This document shows positions 23,329 through 33,476 of a stretch of DNA of 64,000 nt, piece by piece; within the stretch, counting starts at the first letter, position 1, and each line of letters opens with the position of its first letter. The position numbers and the translations under genes were made by a program. Under the pieces are notes generated by a model that worked only from the letters and a program-made list of their open reading frames with translations, ran no database searches and was not told the DNA's origin. The stretch is from an uncultured Chloroflexia bacterium. Its GTDB lineage: Bacteria > Chloroflexota > Anaerolineae > CG2-30-64-16. The stretch spans positions 224,001 through 288,000 of the forward strand of contig CAWEMM010000011.1 of the NCBI GenBank assembly GCA_963810095.1, read 5' to 3'.

Positions 23329-23384
23329 CGCAACCTCGACCCGGTTGCTGTGTGCGCAACCGGCACAACTTTCCGCTCCCGTCG

Positions 23385-23417
23385 AGAAACCGGGTTTCTT
23401 CCAGAAGCCCGGTTTCT
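23385..23417. repeat. family C palindromic repeat
   Basis: AGAAACCGGGTTTCTTCCAGAAGCCCGGTTTCT. Confidence 0.8.
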
Positions 23418-23488
23418 GGCGTTATTGTGCGGCTCGCGCCCCTATGGTAACATGCCCGGCAGGCTCGCATCTTCGATTCGGAGCGAAT

Positions 23489-24554
23489 ATGACGCACCCT
23501 CTCCTGCAACGCGCGCAGTCAACCGGGACGCCCGTCGTCGAGGGCAATCGTGCCACGTTCCTGTGGCAGAGCGACGCAGACGACGGCACACCACCCTACC
23601 TCGTGGGCGACTTCAACGGCTGGGACGCCGGCAACGCCGCCCCATGGTCGCAAATCGAGCCGGGACTGTGGTCGTTCTCTCGAACTGCCGGCCGACGCCT
23701 ACATCGAGTATGCACTGCTGCTGGACGCGCGCGACGACTCGCGCACCCCTGACGTATTCAACGACCACACGACCCCGAACGGCATGGGCCATGTCAATCA
23801 CTACTTCTACATGCCCGCCGGCGGCCCAACGCCCCTGGCAGACCGCGCCACGGGCGTTCCACAAGGCAAACTGACACGGCACCGCATCGACAATAGCTGG
23901 CTGCTCGCCGACGGCAAACGCTGGGTGCACTTCTACCAGCCGCCTGTGACGCAGCCCGTCCCGCTGCTGGTGGTGTACGACGCACAGGACTATCTCACCC
24001 GCGGCCGCATCACGCAGATCGTCGACAACCTGATCGTACAAGGTCGCATCGAGCCCCTTGCGCTCGCCCTCATAGACAACAGCAAGACGGCCCGCGGGAT
24101 CGAGTACTCGTGTAATGAGGCGACGATCGCGATGCTCGCCACCGAGCTCCTGCCGCTGGCGGCGCAGCATCTGAACCTGGTCGCGCCCCGCGAGCGGCCA
24201 GGCTCGTACGGCGTCTTGGGCGCGTCCATGGGCGGCCTCATGGCGATGTACACGGGGCTGCGCATGTCCCAGGTATTCGGGCGCGTGCTCAGCCAATCCG
24301 GTGCGTTTGCGATGGGCAAGCACGAGACGGTCGTCAGCGCGCTCGTGCGCCATGTCCCGCGTCTGGCGCTGCGCGTCTGGATGGACGTGGGCCGCTACGA
24401 GTGGCTGCTGGAATCGAACCGCAGCCTGCACGCGCTGCTCGGGGAACGCGGCTACGACGTCACATATCGGGAGTATAACGGGGGTCACAACTACCCGGCC
24501 TGGCGTGACGACCTGGCGCACGGTCTGGAGGTGTGTTTTGGCGCGAGGAAGTAG
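23489..24554 (+). CDS. enterochelin-esterase-like alpha/beta hydrolase with N-terminal CBM48-like domain; frameshift near 23680
   Basis: LVGDFNGW N-terminus, GASMGG nucleophile, GGHNY His. Confidence 0.85.
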
Positions 24555-24555
24555 G

Positions 24556-25537
24556 GTGTCGCCTGAGACCGCGAGAGCCACAAAGATCTCTAGGGTTGGG
24601 CGGCACGCATGGTTCCTAGTGGTCCTTGCGCTTTTGCTGGCCGGCTGCGCGCAGGCCACGCCCTTGCAGCCGGTGACAGCAACGTCCCCGCTCGCAGCGC
24701 CTACGCCCGGCGCGCTGGCCCTGACCATCGTCCACAGCAACGACAGCTGGGGCTATCTCGACCCCTGCGGCTGAAAACCCACCATCGGTGGAGTGGCCCG
24801 GCGGGCCACAATGATCCAGGGGGAACGGGCGGCCGCAAGGGGCCGCGGGGTACTCGTGTTGGATGCCGGTGACAGCCTGATCGGCGACCGTGAGCCGGCC
24901 ATGAAGACGCAAGGCGCGACGAGCGTCGAGGCGCTGAATCGCATGGCTTACGACGCAGTCGTGCTTGGCCCGGCCGACCTCTCGCTCGGCCCCGACCTGG
25001 TCCAGGCACGCATTCGCGAGGCGAAGTTCGCGGTCCTCTCGGCAGACATGTCCGACGCCGCGACCCACGCGCTCGATCGCGAAGCCATACGTGATCAAGG
25101 ACGTGCAGGGCCAGCGCGTCGCCATCGTCGGCCTGAGCGGGGCGCCGGACAAGAACGGGTTCAAGGGGGCAGATGGCGTCGCCACGGTACGCCGCGTGCT
25201 GCAGGAACTGCAGGGGCAGGCGGACGGGGTTGTGCTGCTCTCCCACGCCGCGCCGGACGTGAATGACCGCATCGCAGACGAGGTGCCCGGCATTGCCGCC
25301 ATCGTCGAAGGCGGAACTGCACCGCTAAACGGGCCGCGGGTCAGCAAGGTAACCGGCACACCCATCTACCATGCCGACACGCCCGCCTCGGGCCATGCGG
25401 GCCGCATCATGGGCATCGCGAAGCTCGTGGTCGACGGGGGAAAGCTGATGGAGCAAAGCTGGCGCTCCGTCCCCCTCAACCCCGAGTTCGCCGACGACCC
25501 GGCGATGGCCGCGTGGGTGCTAGAAGTCTACCAGTGA
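24556..25537 (+). CDS. UshA-like selenoprotein lipoprotein (C-G-U motif); in-frame TGA 24772-24774; frameshift near 25075
   Basis: Lipobox LLAGC; LTIVHSNDSWGYLDPCG-TGA-KPTIGGVARRAT...LVLDAGD is continuous in one frame; then KPYVIKDVQGQRVAIVGL...LLSH. Confidence 0.82.
24775..24810 (+). promoter_or_regulatory. putative bacterial SECIS hairpin
   Basis: GTGGCCC-GGC-GGGCCAC stem-loop starting 18 nt after the UGA. Confidence 0.55.
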
Positions 25538-25540
25538 GGA

Positions 25541-25638
25541 CTGGAATGGGCCGCTGATTGAACTGATGGAACTGATTCTGACTGATCCTAAGAAGGATCA
25601 TGCCAATCGGTCACATCAGTCCCATCTGCGTCCCAAAT
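25541..25638. repeat. REP-like family A copy
   Basis: CTGGAATGGGCCGCTGATTGAACTGATGGAACTGAT...ATCAGTCCCATCTGCGTCCC. Confidence 0.8.
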
Positions 25639-25658
25639 ATCCTGACGGAGGACGAATC

Positions 25659-26651
25659 GTGGCTACACGCATTCTAAAGTGGGGCATCCTGGGCACGGGG
25701 CGGATTAACCGGGCGCTGATTCCGCCGCTGACCATTTCGCCGCGCAACAAGCTGGTGGCCGTGGCGAGCCGCGACCTGGATCGCGCACAGGCGTATGCGG
25801 CCGAGAAGGGCATCGAGCGCGCGCATGGCAGCTACGACGCGCTCCTCGCCGACCCGGAGATCGACGCAGTCTACATTTCTCTGCCCAACACCTTGCATGC
25901 CGAGTGGTCGATCAAGGCTGCCGCGGCGGGGAAGCACGTACTCTGTGAGAAGCCGCTGGCAATGTCGGTCGAAGAGGTCGACCAGGTCGGAAACGCTGCG
26001 CAGCGCTACGGTGTGGTGATTGCCGAAGCATTCATGTACCGCCACCACCCCCAGACGCTGAGGGTCGTCGAGTTGATCCGCGAGGGCGCCATCGGCCGGC
26101 TCCAGCTGATTCGCGGGGGCTTCACCTTCATGCTCGACCGGCCGGGCGATATCCGCCGCAAGCCCGAGCTGGGCGGCGGCAGCATCTGGGACGTCGGCTG
26201 TTACCCGATTAGCTACGCGCGCACCGCGGCCGGCGGGATCGCGCCCGCAGAGGTCTTCGGCTGGCAGGTCACCGGTCCATCGGGCGTGGACGACGCCTTC
26301 TTCGCCCAGATGCGCTTCTCCACCGGGGTCATCGCACAGGTCGACAGCGGCTTCAATTCGGCATTTCGCACCAATATGGAGTTCATCGGCGACGGCGGCA
26401 GCATCGCCGTCACCAATTCCTTCAAACCCGAGGCAGCGGGCCACGTGTACGTACGCAAGGGCGATGGGCCGGGCGAGCGGCTGCATTTTCCCGACCAGGA
26501 GCTGTACCTGGGCGAGGTGGAGGACCTGTACGACGCGGCGGTCTATAGCAAGCCCCAACGCGTCCCCCTCAGCGACACCCGCCAAAACATCGCCACCATC
26601 CGCGCGCTACTCGCCTCAGCCGAGAGCGGTGCGCCGGCAAGCTTGGAATAG
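25659..26651 (+). CDS. Gfo/Idh/MocA oxidoreductase (sugar dehydrogenase-like)
   Basis: WGILGTGRI, HVLCEKP, EAFMYRHHP, GGGSIWDVGCY; GTG after GGAGG. Confidence 0.92.
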   Translation: MATRILKWGILGTGRINRALIPPLTISPRNKLVAVASRDLDRAQAYAAEKGIERAHGSYDALLADPEIDAVYISLPNTLHAEWSIKAAAAGKHVLCEKPLAMSVEEVDQVGNAAQRYGVVIAEAFMYRHHPQTLRVVELIREGAIGRLQLIRGGFTFMLDRPGDIRRKPELGGGSIWDVGCYPISYARTAAGGIAPAEVFGWQVTGPSGVDDAFFAQMRFSTGVIAQVDSGFNSAFRTNMEFIGDGGSIAVTNSFKPEAAGHVYVRKGDGPGERLHFPDQELYLGEVEDLYDAAVYSKPQRVPLSDTRQNIATIRALLASAESGAPASLE

Positions 26652-26741
26652 CACGCAGATTGGACTGATCTGACTGATTGACTGGATTTCCAGAGGCAAA
26701 TCCTGAAGATCGGTCCAATCAGTTCGATCTGCGTCCGATTC
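26645..26741. repeat. REP-like family A copy
   Basis: GGAATAGCACGCAGATTGGACTGATCTGACTGAT...ATCAGTTCGATCTGCGTCCGATTC; contains the Gfo stop codon. Confidence 0.8.
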
Positions 26742-26762
26742 ATCGCGACTTTCGGAGGTCCT

Positions 26763-28286
26763 ATGCCGCAGTATCTGATGGGGATTGACGTCAGCACCAC
26801 GGGCGCGAAGGCGCTGGTGATCGACGCACAAGGGAACGTGATTGCCTCGGCAACGGAGGAGTACCCGCTCTACACACCAAAGCCGCTGTGGAGCGAGCAA
26901 AACCCGGAGGACTGGTGGCAAGGGGTGATCCGCGCGGTGACCCGGGTGTTGGCCGCGCCCGGGGTTACGGCAGAAGAGATTGCCGGGATCGGGCTAACCG
27001 GGCAAATGCACGGCATGGTGCTGTTGGACGACGCGGGCCGGGTGCTGCGGCCGGCCATCCTGTGGAACGACCAGCGGACCGGGCCGCAGTGCGAGGAAAT
27101 CACCGCCTGGGCGGGCGGCCTCAAGCGAACGGTGGAGCTCACGGGAAACGCAGTGCTCCCGGGCTTCACCGCGCCGAAGGTCGTGTGGGTGCGCGAGAAC
27201 GAACCGGCTGTGTTTGAGCGGGTGGCGCAAGTGCTGCTGCCCAAGGATTATATCCGCTACCGGCTGACCGGCGAGTACGCAACCGAGGTGTCGGATGCGT
27301 CTGGCACCGCGCTGTTCGACGTCGGCAACCGGCGCTGGAGCGCGACGATGGCCGGCCTGCTCGCGATCCCGATGGGCTGGCTGCCGCACGTAGACGAGTC
27401 GCACGTGGTGACAGGCCGGGTCGCGGAAAGCGCGGCCAGGCTGACCGGGCTTAAGGCCGGCACACCCGTGGTGGGCGGCGGCGGCGACCAGGCCGCGCAG
27501 GCGGTTGGCAGCGGGATCGTCCGGCCGGGCATCGTGTCGGTGACCAGCGGCACCAGCGGCGTCGTCTTCGCCCACGCGGACTCCTACGCGCCCGAGCCGG
27601 CCGGCCGGGTCCATGTCTTTTGTCATGCGGTGACGGGCGCGTGGCATGCCATGGGCGTGATGCTCTCCGCGGGCGGCGCCTTCCGCTGGCTGCGCGACGC
27701 GATGGCAGGCGAAGAGAAAGCTGCGGCCGCGGCATCCGGCCGTGATCCCTATGAGCTGCTAACAGAACAGGCCGCAAGGGTGCCGCCCGGCAGCGAAGGG
27801 CTCCTCTTCCTGCCCTACCTGACCGGCGAGCGCTGCCCCTACCCCGACCCGAACGCACGCGGGGCGTTTGTGGGCCTGACGCTGCGGCACGGCAAGGGCC
27901 ACCTGGTCCGCTCAGTGCTGGAGGGCGTGTCGTACGGGCTGCGCGACAGCCTGGAGCTGATCAAGGGTCTCGGCGTGCCGATCGATCAGGTCCGCGCGTC
28001 GGGCGGCGGCGCGAAAAGCCCGCTCTGGCGCCAGATCCAGGCGGATGTGTTCGGGACGGAACTGGTGCTCGTCGACGTGACGGAGGGCGCGGCGATGGGT
28101 GCTGCGCTGCTGGCCGGCGTCGGCGCGGGGATGTACGGCGACGTGCGCGAGGCGGTGGATGCGGCCGTGCATGTCACGAGCAGCACGAAGCCGCAGGCGG
28201 ATGCCGCGGCAGAGTACGAGCGGGGTTACGCGCTGTATCGGGACCTGTACCCGGCGCTCAAGCCGACGTTCGACGCGCTGGCATAG
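26763..28286 (+). CDS. xylB: xylulokinase
   Basis: GIDVSTTG, GLTGQMHG, ILWNDQR, SDASGT, GGGDQAA, PYLTGER. Confidence 0.92.
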   Translation: MPQYLMGIDVSTTGAKALVIDAQGNVIASATEEYPLYTPKPLWSEQNPEDWWQGVIRAVTRVLAAPGVTAEEIAGIGLTGQMHGMVLLDDAGRVLRPAILWNDQRTGPQCEEITAWAGGLKRTVELTGNAVLPGFTAPKVVWVRENEPAVFERVAQVLLPKDYIRYRLTGEYATEVSDASGTALFDVGNRRWSATMAGLLAIPMGWLPHVDESHVVTGRVAESAARLTGLKAGTPVVGGGGDQAAQAVGSGIVRPGIVSVTSGTSGVVFAHADSYAPEPAGRVHVFCHAVTGAWHAMGVMLSAGGAFRWLRDAMAGEEKAAAAASGRDPYELLTEQAARVPPGSEGLLFLPYLTGERCPYPDPNARGAFVGLTLRHGKGHLVRSVLEGVSYGLRDSLELIKGLGVPIDQVRASGGGAKSPLWRQIQADVFGTELVLVDVTEGAAMGAALLAGVGAGMYGDVREAVDAAVHVTSSTKPQADAAAEYERGYALYRDLYPALKPTFDALA

Positions 28287-28408
28287 GGGGGTGTTCTATG
28301 AATCGGGCGCTGCTTCCGCTTCTGGCTCCGTAGTCCTCCGCTTTAGAACTAGGCGGACTTGCGTCATAAGTAGAGAAAAAGTTTGCAGGAAAGTCCGACA
28401 TTCCGCCG

Positions 28409-28437
28409 ATGACTTTTCCAAAGTCCTCCCCTATACT
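28409..28437 (+). promoter_or_regulatory. putative sigma70 promoter of the candidate sRNA
   Basis: ATGACT-17 nt-TATACT. Confidence 0.5.
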
Positions 28438-28443
28438 CTTGCT

Positions 28444-28630
28444 TGGGTGTGGGGAGTTAGAGCTTCTTCTGAGTGGGTGTGAGGACACGTGGGATGGTCG
28501 TAGAGACTTGGGGGAGTTGAAGCGACCGGTTTTCCCTCCGTGGACGGGTGTGGGGACCGCGACGAGAGTTGGGTGGATGTGGGGTGAAGAGGGGAGAGCC
28601 TTGGGGGAGGCTCTCCCCTCTTCACTTTAA
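28444..28630 (+). ncRNA. candidate G-rich small RNA with repeated GGGUGUGGGGA/UUGGGGGAG motifs
   Basis: Bounded by a promoter-like site and a strong hairpin; motif repeats at 28445, 28475, 28508, 28546, 28569 and 28601; no credible ORF. Confidence 0.5.
28584..28630 (+). terminator. 18-bp perfect hairpin terminator
   Basis: GTGAAGAGGGGAGAGCCT-TGGGGG-AGGCTCTCCCCTCTTCAC then TTTAA. Confidence 0.75.
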
Positions 28631-28661
28631 CCGTCCTCTGGCATCAGGAGCGCCCGATCAG

Positions 28662-28734
28662 TACCCCCAGCAGGACTCGAACCTGCAGCCTTAGGCTTAG
28701 AAGGCCTCTGCTCTGTCCTTTGAGCTATGGGGGC
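28662..28734 (-). tRNA. tRNA-Arg(TCT)
   Basis: GCCCCCA-TA-GCTC..GAGC-A-GAGGC-CTTCTAA-GCCTA..GCAGG-TTCGAGT-CCTGC-TGGGGGT-A cloverleaf; CCA not encoded. Confidence 0.95.
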
Positions 28735-28745
28735 GCCTCCTGATT

Positions 28746-29189
28746 CTAGCGTTTGGGCGATTCGCTGTCAATTAACTGCGCCGGCGCGTCCAAGTCGTTC
28801 AGCCACGCCATAAACGCGGGCAGGTCGGCAAATACCTGGGCGGCGATGGCGCGGATCACCCAATTCTCGCGTAAGGGCGAAATGGCGATAACCGGCACGC
28901 CCTTTTCGTAGGCTGCGTTCATCTCCAACGCGGTGCCCATGCTCGCCTGTGGCACATAGGCGATGACGACATCGCAGGAACTGGCGAGCGTCACCAGGGC
29001 AAACAGCGTCTCGCGGGCCGCCTCGTCGTCGTACTCCACGCTGTTGGGGTGCAGCACCAACGGGTCGATCACGTCGAGGTCGGGCCACTTCGCCAGCAGC
29101 GCCTCCCCGATCGCATTCCGATATGACTGGTCGACAATGCCCTTCCCCGCCAAAGATGCCTGCATAACGCCTGCCAGAAACACCCGCAT
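28746..29189 (-). CDS. nucleoside 2-deoxyribosyltransferase-like protein
   Basis: MRVFLAG..., CDVVIAY...SMGTALE...KGVPV pattern of the NDT/DNPH1 fold. Confidence 0.6.
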   Translation of the reverse strand: MRVFLAGVMQASLAGKGIVDQSYRNAIGEALLAKWPDLDVIDPLVLHPNSVEYDDEAARETLFALVTLASSCDVVIAYVPQASMGTALEMNAAYEKGVPVIAISPLRENWVIRAIAAQVFADLPAFMAWLNDLDAPAQLIDSESPKR

Positions 29190-29191
29190 CG

Positions 29192-29812
29192 CTAGATCCT
29201 CCCGAAGGTATTTTCGACCACGCCCGGCAGCAGGTCATAGATACTGCACCCGGCGCGCCGCTCGAAGTCCGCACGAATTTCGAACTTCTTGCGCCACTTC
29301 CGCACGCTGTACGGGCTCACACCCACTTCCGCGCCGTACCGGATCGCCACATCCAGCATCCGCTTCTCCATCAACACGAACCCTTCGGCCATGGCGAGCG
29401 CGTCGCACAACTGGATCAGCCGGTCGTAGTCGTCGAACTCGACCCGTGCGAGGTAGTCCTGTATGAAGCGCAGCTCGGCCGGGTTGCAGTCCCACTCGCC
29501 GAAGATCTCGCGGTAGTCGCCGGCGGGGAAAGAGTGGGTCAGGCTGATGCGGGCTGCATCGTCGAAGCCGAGACCGGCAAGATAGTGATACCCGTCGAGC
29601 ACGTGGCGCATGCCCGTGACGCCCTCACGGCGGCCGATGTCGTGCAACAGGCCGAGCACATACGCCCCTTCCGCATCCAGGCCGGGTACACGGTCGGCGA
29701 TGCGCCGCGCGGCCTCGCCCACGTGTTGCGAGTGGGCCGTCCACGGCCCCGGATTCCGTGCGCCCGCCTCGGCAAGCAGCGCTTGGGCGGCAGCCAGTTC
29801 AGGTATCAGCAT
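29192..29812 (-). CDS. HD domain phosphohydrolase
   Basis: HS..V, GLLHDIG, H..G, LCDAL; ATG after AAGGAG. Confidence 0.88.
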   Translation of the reverse strand: MLIPELAAAQALLAEAGARNPGPWTAHSQHVGEAARRIADRVPGLDAEGAYVLGLLHDIGRREGVTGMRHVLDGYHYLAGLGFDDAARISLTHSFPAGDYREIFGEWDCNPAELRFIQDYLARVEFDDYDRLIQLCDALAMAEGFVLMEKRMLDVAIRYGAEVGVSPYSVRKWRKKFEIRADFERRAGCSIYDLLPGVVENTFGRI

Positions 29813-29960
29813 TCTCTCCGCTCCTTCACGTCTCGATCTTCGCGCTCCCCGCCCTGGACACCCTCGTGGCTTCGCGTTCCAAACCACCACATGATATACT
29901 CCGCTCGTCACTATCGGCCAAAATCCTTAACCGTCCCCACCGATCTGGAGCGGGTAGCTT

Positions 29961-31049
29961 ATGCAAATCGCCATTATCGGCCTGCCTAACAGCACGAAGA
30001 CCACCGTTTTCAACGCGCTGACGCGCGCCAACCTGGAAACGACCGCCTTCAGTTCGGGCTTGTTTGAAGTCCACAGCGCGGTCGTGGATGTGCCCGACGC
30101 GCGCGTCGACCGCTTGTCCGCGATGTACAAGCCGCGCAAGACCATCTACGCGAAAGTGACCTATGCCGACATCGCCGGCCTGGCGAAGGGCGTCGGGGCA
30201 GGCGGCCTGAGCGGACCGTTGCTCAACACGCTCAGCCAGTCGGACGCCTTGCTGCACGTGGTGCGCGCGTTCGAGGACCCCGACGTGCCCCACACCGAGG
30301 GCTCGATCGACCCCTGCCGCGACATCGCGATCCTCGACGACGAGCTCCTGCTGTCCGACCAGATCATCGTCGAACGCCGCATCGAACGGCTCGACGCGGG
30401 AATCAAGAAGGGCGGCGACAAGCTCCAGCGCGCCCGTGACGAGGCAGAGCTCGAATTGTTCCGCCGCCTCCTCGCGCAGCTGGAGACCGGCGCACCCCTA
30501 CGTGACATGGCCCTGGACGAGCACGAAGCGAAGTCGCTCCGCAACTACGGACTCCTCACGCTCAAGCCGCTGCTGATTGTGCTCAACGTAGGCGACAGCC
30601 CCACCGACGTCTCCGTCGAGCAGATGTGCAACTACCGTCACCAGAACGTGGTAACCGCCAGCATCCAGGGCCGGCTGGAGATGGAGCTTGCACAGATGCC
30701 GCCCGAGGACGCGGCCGAGTTTCTGGCGGGGTACGGCATCACCGAGCCCGGCCTCAATCGCGTGATCCGCATGAGTTACCGGCTCCTGGGCCTGCACAGC
30801 TTCTTCACCGTGGGCGAGGACGAGGTCCGGGCGTGGACCATCCATGCCGGCGAGAACGCGGTCGACGCGGCCGGCGTCATTCATACCGACCTCGCCCGCG
30901 GCTTCATCCGCGCCGAAGTGGTGCACTACGACGCGCTGGTCGCGGCGGGCAGCCATGCCAAGGCCAAGGAAAAAGGCTCGGTGCGCCTGGAGGGCAAGGA
31001 GTACATCGTTAAAGACGGCGACATCCTCAACATCCGCTTCAACGTCTAG
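29961..31049 (+). CDS. ychF: redox-regulated ATPase YchF
   Basis: IIGLPNSTKTT, DIAGL, FFTVGEDEVRAW, IHTDLARGFIRAE, EGKEYIVKDGD. Confidence 0.95.
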   Translation: MQIAIIGLPNSTKTTVFNALTRANLETTAFSSGLFEVHSAVVDVPDARVDRLSAMYKPRKTIYAKVTYADIAGLAKGVGAGGLSGPLLNTLSQSDALLHVVRAFEDPDVPHTEGSIDPCRDIAILDDELLLSDQIIVERRIERLDAGIKKGGDKLQRARDEAELELFRRLLAQLETGAPLRDMALDEHEAKSLRNYGLLTLKPLLIVLNVGDSPTDVSVEQMCNYRHQNVVTASIQGRLEMELAQMPPEDAAEFLAGYGITEPGLNRVIRMSYRLLGLHSFFTVGEDEVRAWTIHAGENAVDAAGVIHTDLARGFIRAEVVHYDALVAAGSHAKAKEKGSVRLEGKEYIVKDGDILNIRFNV

Positions 31050-31053
31050 AGAC

Positions 31054-31082
31054 GTAGGGGACGATGCACGGTCGCCCCCTAC
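31054..31082. repeat. GTAG-type REP palindrome
   Basis: GTAGGGGACGATGCACGGTCGCCCCCTAC; contains the stop codon of the convergent gene. Confidence 0.7.
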
Positions 31083-33476
31083 GCCTGCCGTTTCCCGGTC
31101 ATATTTGCCAGCCACAGCTCCCGCAGCGCGGTCCACAGCCTTCCCCAGCGGCGGGCCGGCGCGCGGGCCACCTCAGGCGGGGCAAACAGCCTCCGCTCCA
31201 CTTCCTCGGTCAACCCCAGCGCCTGGCCGTGCACCACTTCGGCGGCTTCAGCGGCCTGCAACCTGCGCCAGCGTGCCTGACCCGCGACCCTTTGTGCCGC
31301 CGACCCAAGTTCCGCTGCATACTCGCGCGGCGTCTCGCCCGGCTCCAGCGGCTGTCCGAGCCGGCCGCCCCAGGCCACCAGCCGCTCGAACGCTTCGACC
31401 GGTTCGCCTGCCGACAGCGGAACAGGGCGGGACGACGCACGGTTGAGCCAGATCGCCCACGCCAGGACGAGCCCCAACCCTGCCGCAAGGAGGATGCGCC
31501 GCGCCGTCTCTTGCCGCGCCACCGCCACATTCACGGACCGCGCGCTGCTGGATCTCGGCCATGCCCCCCGCCAGGTCCTCGGGGCCCCTTTCATACCCGA
31601 GCGGCGGCAGCGATGGCTCCGCGGTGGCGCGACGGGCAGGCGGCTGCATGTAGGCGGTCGGCTCGAACCCCACCCAGCCGATGCCGGGGAAATAGAGCTC
31701 GGGCCAGGAATGCGCCTGGGCCTCCGTCACGGAGTACTCGCCGGTCTCCTCGTCGAGATTGCCGGTCGCATACCCAATCGCAAGGCGTGCCGGGATGCCG
31801 CTCAAACGGGCCAGCACGACCATCGCCGACGCGTAGTAATCGCAGTAGCCCTTCTTCAAATCATAGAGAAACCAGGAGACAAGCTCGCGACCGGCCGGCG
31901 GGGTCGGCACGTCGAGCGAATAGGGGATCTTTCGCAGCTCGTTTTCGATGGCCGCAGCTTTATCGAACGGCGTGCCCGCGCCCGCGGTCCACGCTTTCGC
32001 CGTCTCTGCGAGCCGCGGGTCGAGGTCGGGGGGGAGCTGCAGGTAACGGGAAATCACGTTGCTCGGGTAGATGGTTCCGGTTGCGGCCAGGGTCGTCACG
32101 TTCTGTTCCGGAACGTGCGAGAGGGCCGTGTAGCTGCCCAGACCCGACGGCGAGGTCAGCGCGACCAGGTCGCCGGGCGCGCGCAAGAGGGCCTCGTAGG
32201 GCTGATCGATGCCGATTGGCTCCCCGACGGCGTAAAGAACCTGCCGGGAGGCCCTGACGACGTCGAACGACACGACGATTGGCCGGCGGCCCTCCGTCGA
32301 CGGCAGCTCCGCAGCCCACGGCTGGCCGGCTTCCAGCGAGCGCGCCTGCACCGCCGGCTCGTTCTCCCATCCGCGCCCCGTGTACCGGTCGTACGTCTGC
32401 CCCCGCCAGTAGAGCTGCAGGTTCGTTGGATCGCCCCGCACCCGCACCCGCAGCGCAAGCTCGCGGCCGAGTTCCGGCGCCGCGCCCAACAGGTGAGCGC
32501 GCGGCAGTCCGCCTTCCGCCGCGCCTGATGGCGGCACGAGGGACCGCACCGGCGCGGGAACCTGGAAGCTGGCACTCACCTGCTGCTCCACCCGCCGCCA
32601 GGGTGATTCGAACAAGCCCCAGAACCGCTGCGAAAACTCGCCGGAAGCAACGAACGGCACCGCCGGCGAAAGGGTGGTGACCAGCAGGGTCAGCGCAAGC
32701 CCGGTCAGGACTACGTCCAGGCGAATGTCTTCAGCATAGTCCACGCCGGACGCGTCCCACTCCCGCATGTTGAACACCAGCCGGGCCAACACGAGCAGGA
32801 ACACCGTGGTTGCCAGAAACAGGAGCATATAGCTGATGGTCTTGGGCGCCCAAAACGCCTGCTGGGCCAGGAAGACGCCGGTCGGCAGCAGGCCCACGAG
32901 GGGCTGCCCGCGGCGAGCAACCCACCACGCCGCCCACCCGGCGATGCACCAGCACAGGAGGATGATTAGCCCGATGACGACGAGGTTGTCGGGCGCGCCC
33001 GGCCCAACGACAAGGCCCTTAACCCACCAGGCCACCCGCTGCAAGTAGCCCGCCAGCACCGAGCCCTGCTCGCGGAAGAACGTCACCGCGGGCTCGTGGG
33101 CGCTGCGCCCGCTCAGCGCCCACGACCACCAGCGTCCGAGTTGTCCGGCCAGCGGCAGGGGCCGGAGCACGAACACGCCCCAGAGGAGGTCGGCCACGAC
33201 TCCCGTCGTAACGATGATGACCGACGCAGCCACGCCCGACATGCGCCGGCCCGCCAGCCACCACGCCAGTGCGAACCCGACGATGGAGAGCGTAAGCGCG
33301 GGGTTGAGGCCGGGGAACATCTCGCTGCCGATCAGCGCGACCGGCAGCAGCAGCACTGCGCCGAGGGCTAACCAGAAAACACCCCATCCCGTCGTGGGCC
33401 GGTAGCGCTCCCACAGCCGCATGAACCAGGGCTGCCGCTCGACAAGGGCAGCTGCGTTCTCCCCGGTCGCGCTCAT
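31079..33476 (-). CDS. membrane transglutaminase-like protein (TgpA-like, DUF4129 C-terminus); frameshift near 31530
   Basis: Multi-TM N-terminus, YWRGQTYD, GYCDYYASAMVV, AHSWPE..GW..FEPT, ETPREYA. Confidence 0.87.

Noticed and set aside
28385-28420. GGAAAGTCC resembling the RNase P RNA signature
   Set aside because: The complementary 3' P4 element and other helices are absent, and the motif instead pairs locally with GACTTTTCC.
28409-28630. Small ORFs 28409-28630 (+) and 28431-28625 (-)
   Set aside because: Low-complexity translations with no RBS or codon bias; they overlap the promoter and terminator structure.
28287-28734. Integrative element at tRNA-Arg
   Set aside because: No integrase and no duplicated tRNA 3' end were seen, and the flanking genes are ordinary.
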